A DNA stretch of 64,000 nucleotides from an uncultured Lachnospiraceae bacterium (GTDB lineage: Bacteria > Bacillota > Clostridia > Christensenellales > UBA1242). The notes under the pieces were generated by a model, which saw only the letters and a program-made list of their open reading frames with translations, ran no database searches and was not told the DNA's origin. A program made the translations under genes and the position numbers. The stretch covers positions 12,583-76,582 of the forward strand of contig CAZYDU010000001.1 of NCBI GenBank assembly GCA_964646345.1, in the 5' to 3' direction. Positions 38,135 to 48,101 of this stretch are shown here, in pieces (the first letter of the stretch is position 1; every line of letters begins with the position of its first letter).

Positions 38135-40045
38135 TTAAACTCTCTTTTCGTCAATATCAGCTTTTATCATTTTATATGCTTCATCAAGCGATAAATCTTT
38201 GATTTCTTCGCCATTTCTCTTACGAATCGAAACATTATTTGAATTTGCTTCCGATTCGCCTAAGATAATCATATAAGGCACTTTTTCCATTTGTGCTAAT
38301 CTAATTTTATAGCCAATTCTTTCGTCACTGTTATCAGTTTCTGTTCTAATGCCCATATCTTCAAGGGATTCTGCGACCTTACTTGCATACCCTGCACTCT
38401 TTTCAGAAACTGAAATAACCTTTGCTTGAACTGGGCAAAGCCATGTTGGGAACACACCTGCAAAATGCTCTGTGATGATACCAATAAATCTTTCAAATGA
38501 ACCATACAAAGCACGATGAATCATGATTGGCATCTTTTTAGTGCCGTCTTTATCATTATAGGAAAGGTCAAATCTTTGTGGAAGTTGGAAATCAACTTGG
38601 ATAGTACCCATTTGCCATTCTCTGCCCAAACAATCTTCCATTTTAATGTCGATTTTTGGACCATAGAAAGCACCATCACCTTCGTTAATTCTGTAATTTC
38701 TTTCGCCACAAATCTCATTAAGTACATCTTTTAGTTCTGCTTCTGCTTTATTCCAAGTTTCAATGTTACCCATAAAATCTTCCGGTCTCGTTGAAAGTGT
38801 AAGTTTATAAGGAAGCTTAAATACATCATAAATTTGTTTAGCAATTTTTAAAATTTCCTTAATTTCCGAGCCAATTTGGTCTTCAGTTACAAAATTATGA
38901 GAGTCATCTTGGTGGAACATTCTAACTCTGAACAAACCATTAAGTTGACCTGATTTTTCATTTCTATGAATAACGTCAATGTCAGATAGTCTTAATGGCA
39001 AATCCTTATAAGAACGCATTTTGCTTTGATAAATTCTAATAGAGTTTGGACAGTTCATTGGTTTTAATGCTTGTTCGTTGCCGTCAGCATCGGTCAAAAC
39101 GAACATATCTTCTCTATAATGATCCCAGTGACCTGAAGTTTTCCAAAGTACACTAGAGTTTAGTTGTGGAGCTGAAAACTCTTGATAGCCTGCTTTTTTG
39201 TGAAGTTTTCTCCAGTAATCAACCAAAGTATTAAACATTACAAAACCCTTTGGAAGCCAATAAGCCATACCTGGAGCAGTTTCATCAAAGAAGAATAACT
39301 CAAGTTCTTTGCCAAGTTTTCTATGGTCACGTTTCATTGCTTCTTCCAAAAGTCTGAAATACTCGTCCATCTCGCTCTTTTTATCAAAAACTACACCATA
39401 AATACGAGTGAGCATTTTATTTTTGCTATCGCCTTTAAGGTAAGCACCTGAAATTTTTGTAAGTTTAAATGCTTTGATTAAACCAGTTGATTTAAGGTGT
39501 GGACCACGGCAAACTTCGATGTAATCGCCCTGAGTGTAAGTTGTGATTTGAGTATTATCGTCCATTGCTTCGATAAGTTCAACCTTATATGGCTCGCCTG
39601 CTTTTTTCATGAGTTTAATAGCATCTGCTTTCGAAATTTCTTTGCGAACAATATCAAAATTAGCTTTAATAATCTTGTTCATTTCAGCTTCAATAGTTTT
39701 TAAATCTTCGTTTGTGATTGGAGTTTTAAAATCAAAGTCATAGTAAAAACCGTCCTTTGTTGCAGGACCAACCCAACATTTTGTGTTCGGATAAATTGTT
39801 TTAACAGCTTGAGCTAAAACGTGAGCTGTTGAATGACGCAAAACTTCTTTGTATTCATCAGATTTTGTTGTGATGATTTCAAGACTGCAATCATTTTCAA
39901 GTGGTTTGTTTAAATCAACAAGTTCGCCATCAATTTTTCCGCAAACCGCCATTCTAGCTAAGCCTTCTGAAATAGATTTTGCAATATCTAAAACTGAAAC
40001 TCCTTTATCAAATTCTTTTATCTCATCTCTTAATTTAATTTTCAT
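38135..40045 (-). CDS. thrS: threonine--tRNA ligase
   Basis: TGS domain, second additional domain (HSTAHVLAQA), class II core and anticodon-binding domain. Start set at the ATG (MKIKLRDEI) after AAAGGAGAAAATT; the upstream ORF-track extension runs into the T-box terminator. Confidence 0.97.
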   Translation of the reverse strand: MKIKLRDEIKEFDKGVSVLDIAKSISEGLARMAVCGKIDGELVDLNKPLENDCSLEIITTKSDEYKEVLRHSTAHVLAQAVKTIYPNTKCWVGPATKDGFYYDFDFKTPITNEDLKTIEAEMNKIIKANFDIVRKEISKADAIKLMKKAGEPYKVELIEAMDDNTQITTYTQGDYIEVCRGPHLKSTGLIKAFKLTKISGAYLKGDSKNKMLTRIYGVVFDKKSEMDEYFRLLEEAMKRDHRKLGKELELFFFDETAPGMAYWLPKGFVMFNTLVDYWRKLHKKAGYQEFSAPQLNSSVLWKTSGHWDHYREDMFVLTDADGNEQALKPMNCPNSIRIYQSKMRSYKDLPLRLSDIDVIHRNEKSGQLNGLFRVRMFHQDDSHNFVTEDQIGSEIKEILKIAKQIYDVFKLPYKLTLSTRPEDFMGNIETWNKAEAELKDVLNEICGERNYRINEGDGAFYGPKIDIKMEDCLGREWQMGTIQVDFQLPQRFDLSYNDKDGTKKMPIMIHRALYGSFERFIGIITEHFAGVFPTWLCPVQAKVISVSEKSAGYASKVAESLEDMGIRTETDNSDERIGYKIRLAQMEKVPYMIILGESEANSNNVSIRKRNGEEIKDLSLDEAYKMIKADIDEKRV

Positions 40046-40270
40046 AATTTTCTCCTTTGGTGGCATAAAAAAATCCTTATGCAAAAATTGCATAAGGACG
40101 ATATTTTACCGTGGTTCCACCTTATTTCGTTGATAAATCAACCTTCGTTAAATTATTAAGTTTTATAAAATGTAGGTGGTTTCAAATATAAGCTTAACAG
40201 GGAAACTTACAGCCCACGATTTCCCTTCTCTTGGTCAGTTTTTATATCCTACTTGTTCTACAAGTGTACA
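40046..40270 (-). promoter_or_regulatory. T-box riboswitch leader (Thr, ACC specifier) with terminator
   Basis: Minus strand: AGAGA box, specifier context GAA-ACC-A (ACC at 40180-40178), T-box sequence AAGGTGGAACCACGG (about 40109-40123), terminator TCCTTATGCA/TGCATAAGGA (40074-40098) plus T7. Confidence 0.85.
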
Positions 40271-40275
40271 ATATT

Positions 40276-40303
40276 ATTATATAACTAAATTTTTGTTTGT
40301 CAA
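40276..40303 (-). promoter_or_regulatory. sigma-A type promoter of the thrS leader
   Basis: Minus strand: TTGACA (40303-40298), N16, TATAAT (40281-40276). Confidence 0.55.
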
Positions 40304-40317
40304 CGTTTTTATTCAAT

Positions 40318-41055
40318 TTAGACAAAATAAATTTTATCATTAAAAACCTTTAATAAAACATTAGTTACTTCCTTTAGTTCATTGCTTTCATCGAAACTTT
40401 TTATATTTATTTTTGTTGGATTAAGTTTTATCATTTCTTCAAACATCTTTGAAATTCCAACTTCATCTTTCTTAAATTTCTTTTTTATCAAAAAATTTTT
40501 AATCTCAATTTGTTTTTCTGTAAAATTCAAATCAACCAAAACCGAATTGTTTTCAGATACTCCACAAAGATATCTCAAAACTTCACTCATTGAATTTTCA
40601 CTATTCATAATTAAATTTTGACTGATAATTTCCGCTGTTTTTTTCCATCTTAACATCAAACACTGAAGCTTGAAATAAAACAAACTCTCAATTACAATTT
40701 CATTTGAAAACTCCAAAACTCCAGCAATTATCTCTTTGTCAAAATCTGTATCGAAACAAGCAATCGCACGAAAAAATGCTTCGGTTAATTTGTTATTTTG
40801 CCTAATCTCTATATTGTTTTTGAAAAATTCATACTTAAAATCTTCTTCGATTACCTTTGTAACAAAATCCAAAACTTTGGACTTTAAGTATTCTTTTTTA
40901 TTTTCAGAAACAGCAATAGACAAATAACTTTTTCCGCCACTGTTATGTTTTATAATTATTCCATTATCGGATTTCACAATCGGAAGCAAATTTTTGTAAA
41001 ACGTGCTAATATATTTTTGTCTTTCAAAGCAAACACATAAAGTAAGTTCAAACAT
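40318..41055 (-). CDS. hypothetical protein, possibly YtxC-like sporulation protein (called by position upstream of thrS)
   Basis: 245 aa from the ATG after GAGG. No motif recognised. In B. subtilis ytxC sits directly upstream of thrS. Confidence 0.4.
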   Translation of the reverse strand: MFELTLCVCFERQKYISTFYKNLLPIVKSDNGIIIKHNSGGKSYLSIAVSENKKEYLKSKVLDFVTKVIEEDFKYEFFKNNIEIRQNNKLTEAFFRAIACFDTDFDKEIIAGVLEFSNEIVIESLFYFKLQCLMLRWKKTAEIISQNLIMNSENSMSEVLRYLCGVSENNSVLVDLNFTEKQIEIKNFLIKKKFKKDEVGISKMFEEMIKLNPTKINIKSFDESNELKEVTNVLLKVFNDKIYFV

Positions 41056-41126
41056 TTGTTTTACCTCAGAAATAGTGTATGCTTTAGCTCTTTGTTTTAC
41101 TCTCAAAATTCAAAAGTTAGACAAAA

Positions 41127-41708
41127 TTAAATCCAAAATTTGTATTTTTGCAATATTTTTTGTTTTTCTTCGGGTTTAGTTGCCACAGATTTCTTTTGTT
41201 CAAGTTTAATTGACGGAGCATAAATTCTAACTAAATTTAGCATTACATCTCTATCAATCAATTTCACATCATGCTCGCTAGCCAAAACCATTGCATCTTT
41301 TGAAAAATATCTATTGGTGGCAACAAACATTTCATCAGCTCCATAATGTTTTTTTGCTGAAATAATTTCTTGAATTGCCTTGATTCCTATATTTTTTCCA
41401 TAACATTTGGCTTGCACTATTGTTGTTTTATTTTTTTTCGTCAAAACTAAATCCGCACCATAATCATGGCTCTTTTTTGTAAGTTCAACACCATAACCTT
41501 GACTAATAAATATTTCTTTTAATAAATTTTCAAACTCTATCCCACTTAAATCATCAATTTGCGAAATGTTGTAAACATCAATGCTATCTTGCATTCGGAG
41601 TCTTTTTAGTTTATTTTTCCTACAAATCAACCAAACAATAACAATCGGAAACAATAAAACAATCAAAATAATACGTATTGGTTTTAAAATTTTATTTATT
41701 TTGCTCAT
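41127..41708 (-). CDS. membrane-anchored restriction endonuclease-like (Mrr_cat) protein
   Basis: N-terminal TM helix, then GIEFENLLKEIF..GYGV..HDYGADLV..IVQAKCY (the D-x(n)-QxK nuclease core of the Mrr catalytic domain). Confidence 0.7.
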   Translation of the reverse strand: MSKINKILKPIRIILIVLLFPIVIVWLICRKNKLKRLRMQDSIDVYNISQIDDLSGIEFENLLKEIFISQGYGVELTKKSHDYGADLVLTKKNKTTIVQAKCYGKNIGIKAIQEIISAKKHYGADEMFVATNRYFSKDAMVLASEHDVKLIDRDVMLNLVRIYAPSIKLEQKKSVATKPEEKQKILQKYKFWI

Positions 41709-41811
41709 AATTAAATAATATATTAAAATAACTAAAATTCAAAATAAATAGCTTAATTTGTTTTGAAATTTTATTAAATTATTATATCATTAATAGCATA
41801 AGGAGAATTTT

Positions 41812-42501
41812 ATGATAATAGCAATAGATGGAACATCTGGTTCTGGAAAATCAACCTTAGCGAAAACGCTCGCAAAAAAACTTAATTTTGGATTCTTTAG
41901 TGCTGGTTCACTTTATAGAACAATAACACTAAAAGCATTAAACCTGCATATCAACCCTGACGAAGACGATAAACTTCAGTACATGATTGACCATACTGAA
42001 ATTATTTATTCTTATGACGGCACAAAAAACACCATGCTTCTTGATGGTATTGATGTCGCAGATTCGCTTCATAATGAAGAAATTTCATCAAACGTTGCAA
42101 AGTATGCTTGCAAACCATATATTAGAGAATTTGTACGCAAACTTCAACGTGACACCCAAAATCACAATGAAAACATTGTTATGGAAGGCAGAGATATTGG
42201 CTCTGTTATCTTCCCTAACGCTGAAATGAAAATCTATGTCGATTGCAATGTTGAAACAAGAGCAAAACGTAGATTTGCAGACTATGCAAAACAAGACCCT
42301 AATGTAACATTAGCTCAAGTCTTGGAAGATTTGAAAGATAGAGATTATAAAGATATGCACCGAGAGATTTCCCCACTAATTATGTGTGAAAATGCATATT
42401 TAATAGATAGTAGTTTAAACACTGCAGATGAATGCATTAATCTTGCTATAAACGAAATGATAAGACGTGGACTTATCACAAAAGACCAAATCGTTGGTTA
42501 G
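41812..42501 (+). CDS. cmk: cytidylate kinase
   Basis: IAIDGTSGSGKST P-loop, MEGRDIGSVIFP. AAGGAGA RBS. One of only two plus-strand genes. Confidence 0.95.
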   Translation: MIIAIDGTSGSGKSTLAKTLAKKLNFGFFSAGSLYRTITLKALNLHINPDEDDKLQYMIDHTEIIYSYDGTKNTMLLDGIDVADSLHNEEISSNVAKYACKPYIREFVRKLQRDTQNHNENIVMEGRDIGSVIFPNAEMKIYVDCNVETRAKRRFADYAKQDPNVTLAQVLEDLKDRDYKDMHREISPLIMCENAYLIDSSLNTADECINLAINEMIRRGLITKDQIVG

Positions 42502-42520
42502 TTAATAATTTAATAAAATT

Positions 42521-42563
42521 AAAAAACACCAAGTAAGCACACTCACTTACCTGGTGTTTTTAT
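42521..42563. terminator. bidirectional terminator between the convergent cmk and grpB remnant
   Basis: Stem ACACCAAGTAAG (42526-42537) / CTTACCTGGTGT (42547-42558), flanked by an A-run and a T-run. Confidence 0.6.
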
Positions 42564-42577
42564 TATTAATTTCTAAT

Positions 42578-43086
42578 TTACCTATTTTCTTTTGCTCGTT
42601 TAATAAGGTCAGTTACATAGGTAGATTTCTCGGCTCTATAATTTTTTCGTTCGGTAACCTCATTTTGAATTAATTTTAATTTAAAATCAGAATAAGCCTT
42701 CACTTTGCTTGGATTTTTTCTTAAGTAATCACACAAGACAACAAAATCATCATATCTATCAGTATTAGTTAAACAAAGATGAATATGGACATCACCGTCA
42801 TCGGTTTCTTCCACTCTACTTGCAAAAGAATGATAAATATCAGAACTAAAATTTGTACTATCAAAATAACCCAAATTTTATAATTCCTTAAATGTTACAT
42901 CAAAATCTCCACTTGTTTCAACCCCAACCAAAATATCCAAAATGTTTTTTCCATACATATTTTTGATGGCGGTTGAGCCAACATGCTCAATGGTTTTTGT
43001 GGCAGTCAAATCAGCCAAGAATTCTTGTTTTATTTTTTCAAAAAACTTTATGTTTTTTCATAATCTTGATAAACTAAATCAACCAT
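42578..43086 (-). pseudogene. GrpB family protein, disrupted (one frameshift plus one in-frame TAA)
   Basis: Own translation. ATG at 43086 gives MVDLVYQDYEKT*. The next frame gives KNIKFFEKIKQEFLADLTATKTIEHVGSTAIKNMYGKNILDILVGV...KEL, then TAA (42880-42878), then the ORF-track 98 aa with HIHL..FVVLCDYLRKNP (GrpB C-terminal motifs). The shift is at the A6 run 43053-43058. Confidence 0.75.
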
Positions 43087-43092
43087 AACTTA

Positions 43093-43683
43093 TCAATATC
43101 CTTTCTTTAAGCTCTCTGTAGCTTCTTGGGCTTGAATCGCAAGAGCGAACTCGCAACCGCAATAATTTTGACGATAAATATTGTTTTCTTTTGATAACTC
43201 TACACTTCTTTTGTATCCATTTTGTTTTTTGAAGTTAGACACTAAAAACTTAACGCCCGTTTCTTTTTCTAAAGCAAGTCCAATCAAATTTATTAGTTCA
43301 GCATTTTTGTGCGGACTGACCGTTAAAGTTGTGCCAAACAAATCAAAGTTATGTTCTTTAGCAAGTTCTACAGTTTTTTCAAGTCGAAGTCTAAAGCAAA
43401 TTGCACATCTTGCACCACCTTCTCTTTCGTTTTCATATCCTTTGGTTTTTTCATAAAACTTTTCACTTTCATAATCGCAGTCAAGCATGGAAATTTTATA
43501 ACCATTTTCGTTTAGGTGCTTTAAATATTTGATTTCTTCGTTTTTGCGTTTAATGTATTCTTCTTCCGGATAAATATTGGGATTATAATACAGAATTGTG
43601 ATATCATATTCATCATAAAGTCTTTCAATAACAGCAGTTGAGCAAGGAGCACAACACGAATGAAGCAAGATTTTTTGTTTCAT
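43093..43683 (-). CDS. queH: epoxyqueuosine reductase QueH (DUF208)
   Basis: LLHSCCAPCS N-terminal motif and C-terminal YCGCEFA. 196 aa. Confidence 0.9.
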   Translation of the reverse strand: MKQKILLHSCCAPCSTAVIERLYDEYDITILYYNPNIYPEEEYIKRKNEEIKYLKHLNENGYKISMLDCDYESEKFYEKTKGYENEREGGARCAICFRLRLEKTVELAKEHNFDLFGTTLTVSPHKNAELINLIGLALEKETGVKFLVSNFKKQNGYKRSVELSKENNIYRQNYCGCEFALAIQAQEATESLKKGY

Positions 43684-43690
43684 AAATCAC

Positions 43691-45475
43691 CTACATTTTA
43701 TCTGGAATTTCAAAAGCCAAAACAAATGAAGCTTGTTTTAATGCTTTCAAAACAAGATAGCAAAGAGCAAGATATGAATTTTTCTTTTGGTCGTCTTTTT
43801 CTGAAAGTATTCTTGTATCGTTGTAGAATTTTGCGAAACTTGATGCAAAATCATAGCATGAATTACAAAGAGCAACAAGCGAAGTATCTTTGTAGCAAGA
43901 ATAATAGCTATCTTGTAGTTTTAAGAAATTCATTGCAATATTTCTTTGATTTTCATCTGTAATATCAATTAAATTAAGATTTTCAAAATAATTTTTTTTA
44001 TCAAATAAACCTGATTTTCTCAAAAGCGAATTTATTCTCGCACCTGTATATTGAATATATGGTCCTGTCTTCCCTTCAAATGATGCGAACTTTTCAATAT
44101 CAAATATATAATCTTTATAAGGGTCATTGCTTAAATCTCCAAACTTCATGGCAGCAACACCAATTTTGAGAGCAAGCGAACCATCTTCGTCTTCAATACC
44201 ATTTTCTTGAAGTTTTTTAGATGCACCGCTAGAAATTAGGTTAATAATATCTTCAAGCTTAATAGTGTCGCCTGACCTTGTTTTGAAAGGCTTGCCGTCA
44301 GAACCATTTATTGTGCCATAACCAACGAATTGCAACTCTTGATTTTCTGACGAAATTCCCGCCATCTTCACAGCTCTAAAACAACGCTCAAAGTGAATAC
44401 CTTGACGTTTGTCAACAATATACATAATCTTATCTGGATTGAAATCACGATTTCTTTGATAAATTGTAGTTATATCAGTTGTTGCATAAACATCTGCACC
44501 ATTGCTCTTTTTTAAATAAACTGGTGGCATTGGATTTTTGTATAACTGTGGGTCTTCTGGGTTCTTCTTTTCAATAGGAATATTCTCGCCGTCCTTGGCA
44601 ACATCAACAATAATCGAACCTTGGTAATCTTTTGTTAAACCCTTATCAATAAACATTTGCACAACACCGTCTACAAGGTCGGCACATGTACTTTCTCCAT
44701 ACCATAAATCAAAGAAGCAGTTTAAATTTTCATAATTTGCCTTAATTCTCTTTACTGAAATTTCACGGATTTCTTGATAGATTGACCAATAAGGTTCTTT
44801 TTTGTCTTGCACAAACTTTGTATAAGTTTCTGCTTTTTTTCTAAACTCATCATCAGTAGCTTTTCTTTTTGATGCTTTTGGATATTCTTCATTCAAAGTA
44901 TCAAGAGTAATTTCTTTATTTTGTTTTGTTTTGTCAAAAAATCCATCAACATAACCATCTTCTTGAAGCTGAGCAATAGTTAAACCCATTTGGAGTCCCC
45001 AATCCCCAAGATGAGTATCTGTGATAACTTTATTGCCTAAAAGTTTATAAAGTCTTGCAAAAGATTCTCCGACAACTGGCGAACGCAAGTGACCAATATG
45101 AAGTTCTTTCGCAACATTTGCACCACCATAATCCATAACAACAGTTTTTGGATTTTCAATTTTTTCAACACCTAAATTTTCTTGTGATAAAGCTGAATTT
45201 AATGCTAGTGATAATGCTTCGTCTTTTAGCTTAAAATTAATAAAGCCTGGTTTAGCAAAAGACACTTCTGCCACGTCTTGTTTTAAATTGCTAATAATTG
45301 AATTTGCAATAATCTCTGGACTTGTGTGCATTTTTTTAGCTAGCCCAAAAGCTGAATTACACTGAAAATCCGCACCTTCTTTTGATGAAAATGCAAGTGA
45401 AATATCTTCAGTTGGATAATTTAAATGCATAAAAGTTTCGTTTAAAGCATTGTATAAAATTTTCTTAATATTCAT
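43691..45475 (-). CDS. argS: arginine--tRNA ligase
   Basis: HIGHLRS (HIGH), FKTRSGDT, DALR-type anticodon-binding C-terminus. 594 aa. Confidence 0.95.
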   Translation of the reverse strand: MNIKKILYNALNETFMHLNYPTEDISLAFSSKEGADFQCNSAFGLAKKMHTSPEIIANSIISNLKQDVAEVSFAKPGFINFKLKDEALSLALNSALSQENLGVEKIENPKTVVMDYGGANVAKELHIGHLRSPVVGESFARLYKLLGNKVITDTHLGDWGLQMGLTIAQLQEDGYVDGFFDKTKQNKEITLDTLNEEYPKASKRKATDDEFRKKAETYTKFVQDKKEPYWSIYQEIREISVKRIKANYENLNCFFDLWYGESTCADLVDGVVQMFIDKGLTKDYQGSIIVDVAKDGENIPIEKKNPEDPQLYKNPMPPVYLKKSNGADVYATTDITTIYQRNRDFNPDKIMYIVDKRQGIHFERCFRAVKMAGISSENQELQFVGYGTINGSDGKPFKTRSGDTIKLEDIINLISSGASKKLQENGIEDEDGSLALKIGVAAMKFGDLSNDPYKDYIFDIEKFASFEGKTGPYIQYTGARINSLLRKSGLFDKKNYFENLNLIDITDENQRNIAMNFLKLQDSYYSCYKDTSLVALCNSCYDFASSFAKFYNDTRILSEKDDQKKNSYLALCYLVLKALKQASFVLAFEIPDKM

Positions 45476-45489
45476 AATCTTCTCCTAAT

Positions 45490-47583
45490 TTATCTAAGCA
45501 TTGCTCTCAAGCCGTTTAGCACCGCTATTAAACTTACGCCAACGTCTGCAAAAACCGCCAGCCACATACCTGATATTCCAAAGCCAATAGCTAAAAGAAT
45601 AATAAGTTTTATGGAAATAGAGCCAATGATATTTTGTTTTGCTATTCTTTTTACTTTCTTTGCTTTTTTTATTGCTACCGCCACCTTGCTTGGTTCATCG
45701 GTCATTATAACAACATCTGATGCTTCAATACTTGCATCTGTGCCAAATCCCCCCATTGAAATGCCAACACTTGACATTGCTATTGATGGTGCATCATTAA
45801 TGCCATCGCCAACAAAAGAAACTTTCTTCTTTTGTGCAATTTGTTTGCTTATTATTTCAACCTTATCTTCAGGAAGCAATCCCGAATATACGGTATCCAC
45901 CCCAATTTTATCAGCAACAAACCTAGCTGAATTTTCTTCATCTCCAGTGCTGATAGCAATATTATCTATCCTAAGTTCTTTTAAACTTTTTACCGCTTTT
46001 GCCGAGTCTCGTTTAATCTCATCACAAATAACAATATAGCCATAATATTCTCCGTTTCCAGCAACATGCAAAACCGTCCCCGATTTCTGCACATCTGGAA
46101 AATTTATCTCATTATTTTTTAATAATGTTTTATTACCAACCAAAACATTTATGCCAAATATATTTGCTTGAATGCCAAGACCAGCGGTTTCTGTGTAGTC
46201 TGAAATCCAAGCCGTATTTATTGGCTTTGTTGGGTTTTTCTCATTATATAATTTTTTTATAGATTTTGCAATCTTATGATTTGAAAAACTTTCACTATAA
46301 GCAGAAAGCTCCAAAATTTCATCTTCAGTGTGTTCTTTTGTAGCGTATATTTCACTTATTTCAAAAATGCCTGTTGTTAAAGTCCCAGTTTTATCAAAAA
46401 TAACACTATCAGTTTCAGCCAAAGCTTCAATAAATGTTGCACCTTTAACCAAAACCCCAAGTCTTGCCATAGAACCAATACCAGCAAAAAAAGTTAATGG
46501 AACGGAAATAACCAATGCACAAGGACAAGATACAACTAAAAAACACAATGCCCTGTAAGCAAAAACCGAAAAGCTTGAAAAGCCGTAAAATATCGGTGGA
46601 ATAAATGCTAGTAAAAACGCACATAAAATTACAACAGGTGTATAAATTTTAGAAAATTTAGAAATGAATTTCTCGCTTTTTGCCTTTGATTCAGTTGCAT
46701 TTTGAACCATGTCTATAATTTTTGAAACAGTGCTATCTTTTTCAAGTTTTGTTACCTTTACAAGAAGCAAGCTTGAACCATTAATTGAACCCGAAAGAAC
46801 ATTATCTCCAACCGTCACTACTTTTTCTCTAGACTCCCCTGTTATTGCGGAAACATCTAAATAACTTGTGCCTTCAACAACAACTCCGTCCAATGGAACT
46901 CGCTCTCCTGGTTTAACATGAATAAGTGCTCCAACCCCAACAAACTTTAGCTCAACTTGCCTGTCACTTTCGCCATCATAAACATTTGCAAATGGTTGTT
47001 TTATTTCTAACAAAGACTTCACACGATTGCGGGATTTATCTACTGCCAAGTTTTCAAAAATTTCTCCAATACCATACAAAACCATAACACAAATCGCTTC
47101 AATATATTCGCCAATCACAAAAGCCCCGATTGACGCCAAACTCATCAAGAGTTTTTCGTCAAAAATGTTTTTGCCTTTAAAGTTGAGTATTGCTCCCCAA
47201 ATAACATCGTAGCTTGAAAGAATATATGAAACTGCAAACATGCTAATTTTTAACCAGTTAGTTTTCAAAACAACGCCAACTATTAATAATAACACAGATA
47301 ATGAAAACCGACAAATATTGATAATCCTTTGTTTTTTTTCTTTGCTTTCAATATCATCATTTGTATCAAAATCCAAAAGCTCAATAGAATGGTCAAACTT
47401 TTGAATAGCAATTTTTACTTCTGTTAATGTATCAGCTGGGCTATCCGAAGTAATATCAAGTTTTAACTGTTTCGTTACAAAATTTATTTCTGCGTGTACA
47501 CCAAAAATAGCATTCAGATTTTGCTCTAATGCTAGTGCACAGCCTGCACAATGTACCTTCGACAGTTTAAACTTATACTCCAT
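45490..47583 (-). CDS. heavy-metal translocating P1B-type ATPase (Cd/Zn/Co type)
   Basis: N-terminal HMA domain with CAGC, TM CPC motif (SCPCAL), DKTGTLT phosphorylation site, GDGINDAP. Confidence 0.9.
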   Translation of the reverse strand: MEYKFKLSKVHCAGCALALEQNLNAIFGVHAEINFVTKQLKLDITSDSPADTLTEVKIAIQKFDHSIELLDFDTNDDIESKEKKQRIINICRFSLSVLLLIVGVVLKTNWLKISMFAVSYILSSYDVIWGAILNFKGKNIFDEKLLMSLASIGAFVIGEYIEAICVMVLYGIGEIFENLAVDKSRNRVKSLLEIKQPFANVYDGESDRQVELKFVGVGALIHVKPGERVPLDGVVVEGTSYLDVSAITGESREKVVTVGDNVLSGSINGSSLLLVKVTKLEKDSTVSKIIDMVQNATESKAKSEKFISKFSKIYTPVVILCAFLLAFIPPIFYGFSSFSVFAYRALCFLVVSCPCALVISVPLTFFAGIGSMARLGVLVKGATFIEALAETDSVIFDKTGTLTTGIFEISEIYATKEHTEDEILELSAYSESFSNHKIAKSIKKLYNEKNPTKPINTAWISDYTETAGLGIQANIFGINVLVGNKTLLKNNEINFPDVQKSGTVLHVAGNGEYYGYIVICDEIKRDSAKAVKSLKELRIDNIAISTGDEENSARFVADKIGVDTVYSGLLPEDKVEIISKQIAQKKKVSFVGDGINDAPSIAMSSVGISMGGFGTDASIEASDVVIMTDEPSKVAVAIKKAKKVKRIAKQNIIGSISIKLIILLAIGFGISGMWLAVFADVGVSLIAVLNGLRAMLR

Positions 47584-47593
47584 ATTCTATCCT

Positions 47594-48052
47594 TTATTTA
47601 TGATAAGGGAGACCTTCAATAATTGTCAATGCTCTGTAAATTTGTTCTATTAAAACAACTCTAAAAAGCTGATGTGGAAATGTAATTTTTCCAAAAGATA
47701 ACACTAAATCCGCTTTGCTCAAAACTTCTTGCGACAAACCATTAGAGCCACCTATAACAAATGAAATTGTACTATTTCCTTGGTTTTTCTTTGTTTGTAT
47801 AAAATTAGATATTTCAACACTTGACAGCATCTTCCCGCCACCATCTAAAGCAACAATAACCCCAGCACATTTTGCCAATAATTTTTCGCCTTCAAGTTTT
47901 GATTTTTGCTCAAGATTTGACTGTTTTGATTCTTCGTCAACTTCTATTATTTTTAGTTCAGCAAATCTTGAAATCCGTTTCGAATATTCCTTGATTGCAT
48001 CAGTAAAAAAAGTTTCTTTAATCTTCCCAACGCATACAATATTTATTTTCAT
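47594..48052 (-). CDS. rlmH: 23S rRNA (pseudouridine1915-N3)-methyltransferase RlmH
   Basis: MKINIVCVGKIKE..., IGGSNGL, SPOUT C-terminus PHQLFRVVLIEQIYRA. Start set at the internal ATG. Confidence 0.9.
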   Translation of the reverse strand: MKINIVCVGKIKETFFTDAIKEYSKRISRFAELKIIEVDEESKQSNLEQKSKLEGEKLLAKCAGVIVALDGGGKMLSSVEISNFIQTKKNQGNSTISFVIGGSNGLSQEVLSKADLVLSFGKITFPHQLFRVVLIEQIYRALTIIEGLPYHK

Positions 48053-48101
48053 AACTAAAATATAATACATTTGGCTAAATTTTGCAATAAAAAAAATTCA
48101 A

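Noticed and set aside
40046-40093. ORF-track thrS start at 40093 (MQFLHKDFFMPPKEKIM...); similar upstream starts are rejected for ruvC (30409), rlmH (48070), rluB (55956), the TrmH-family gene (36413), the mlpA-like gene (13748), the NUDIX gene (32447), the ytxC-like gene (41106) and the M50 protease (59643)
   Set aside because: These extensions start at TTG/GTG or RBS-less ATG codons, run through terminators or leaders, and precede an internal ATG with a good GGAG-type RBS and the conserved family N-terminus.
42878-42880. In-frame TAA in the GrpB remnant as evidence for stop-codon reassignment
   Set aside because: TAA terminates many clearly complete genes in this window (recA, rny, queA, ftsK and others), and long ORFs behave normally under code 11. 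A nonsense mutation in a pseudogene is the simpler reading.
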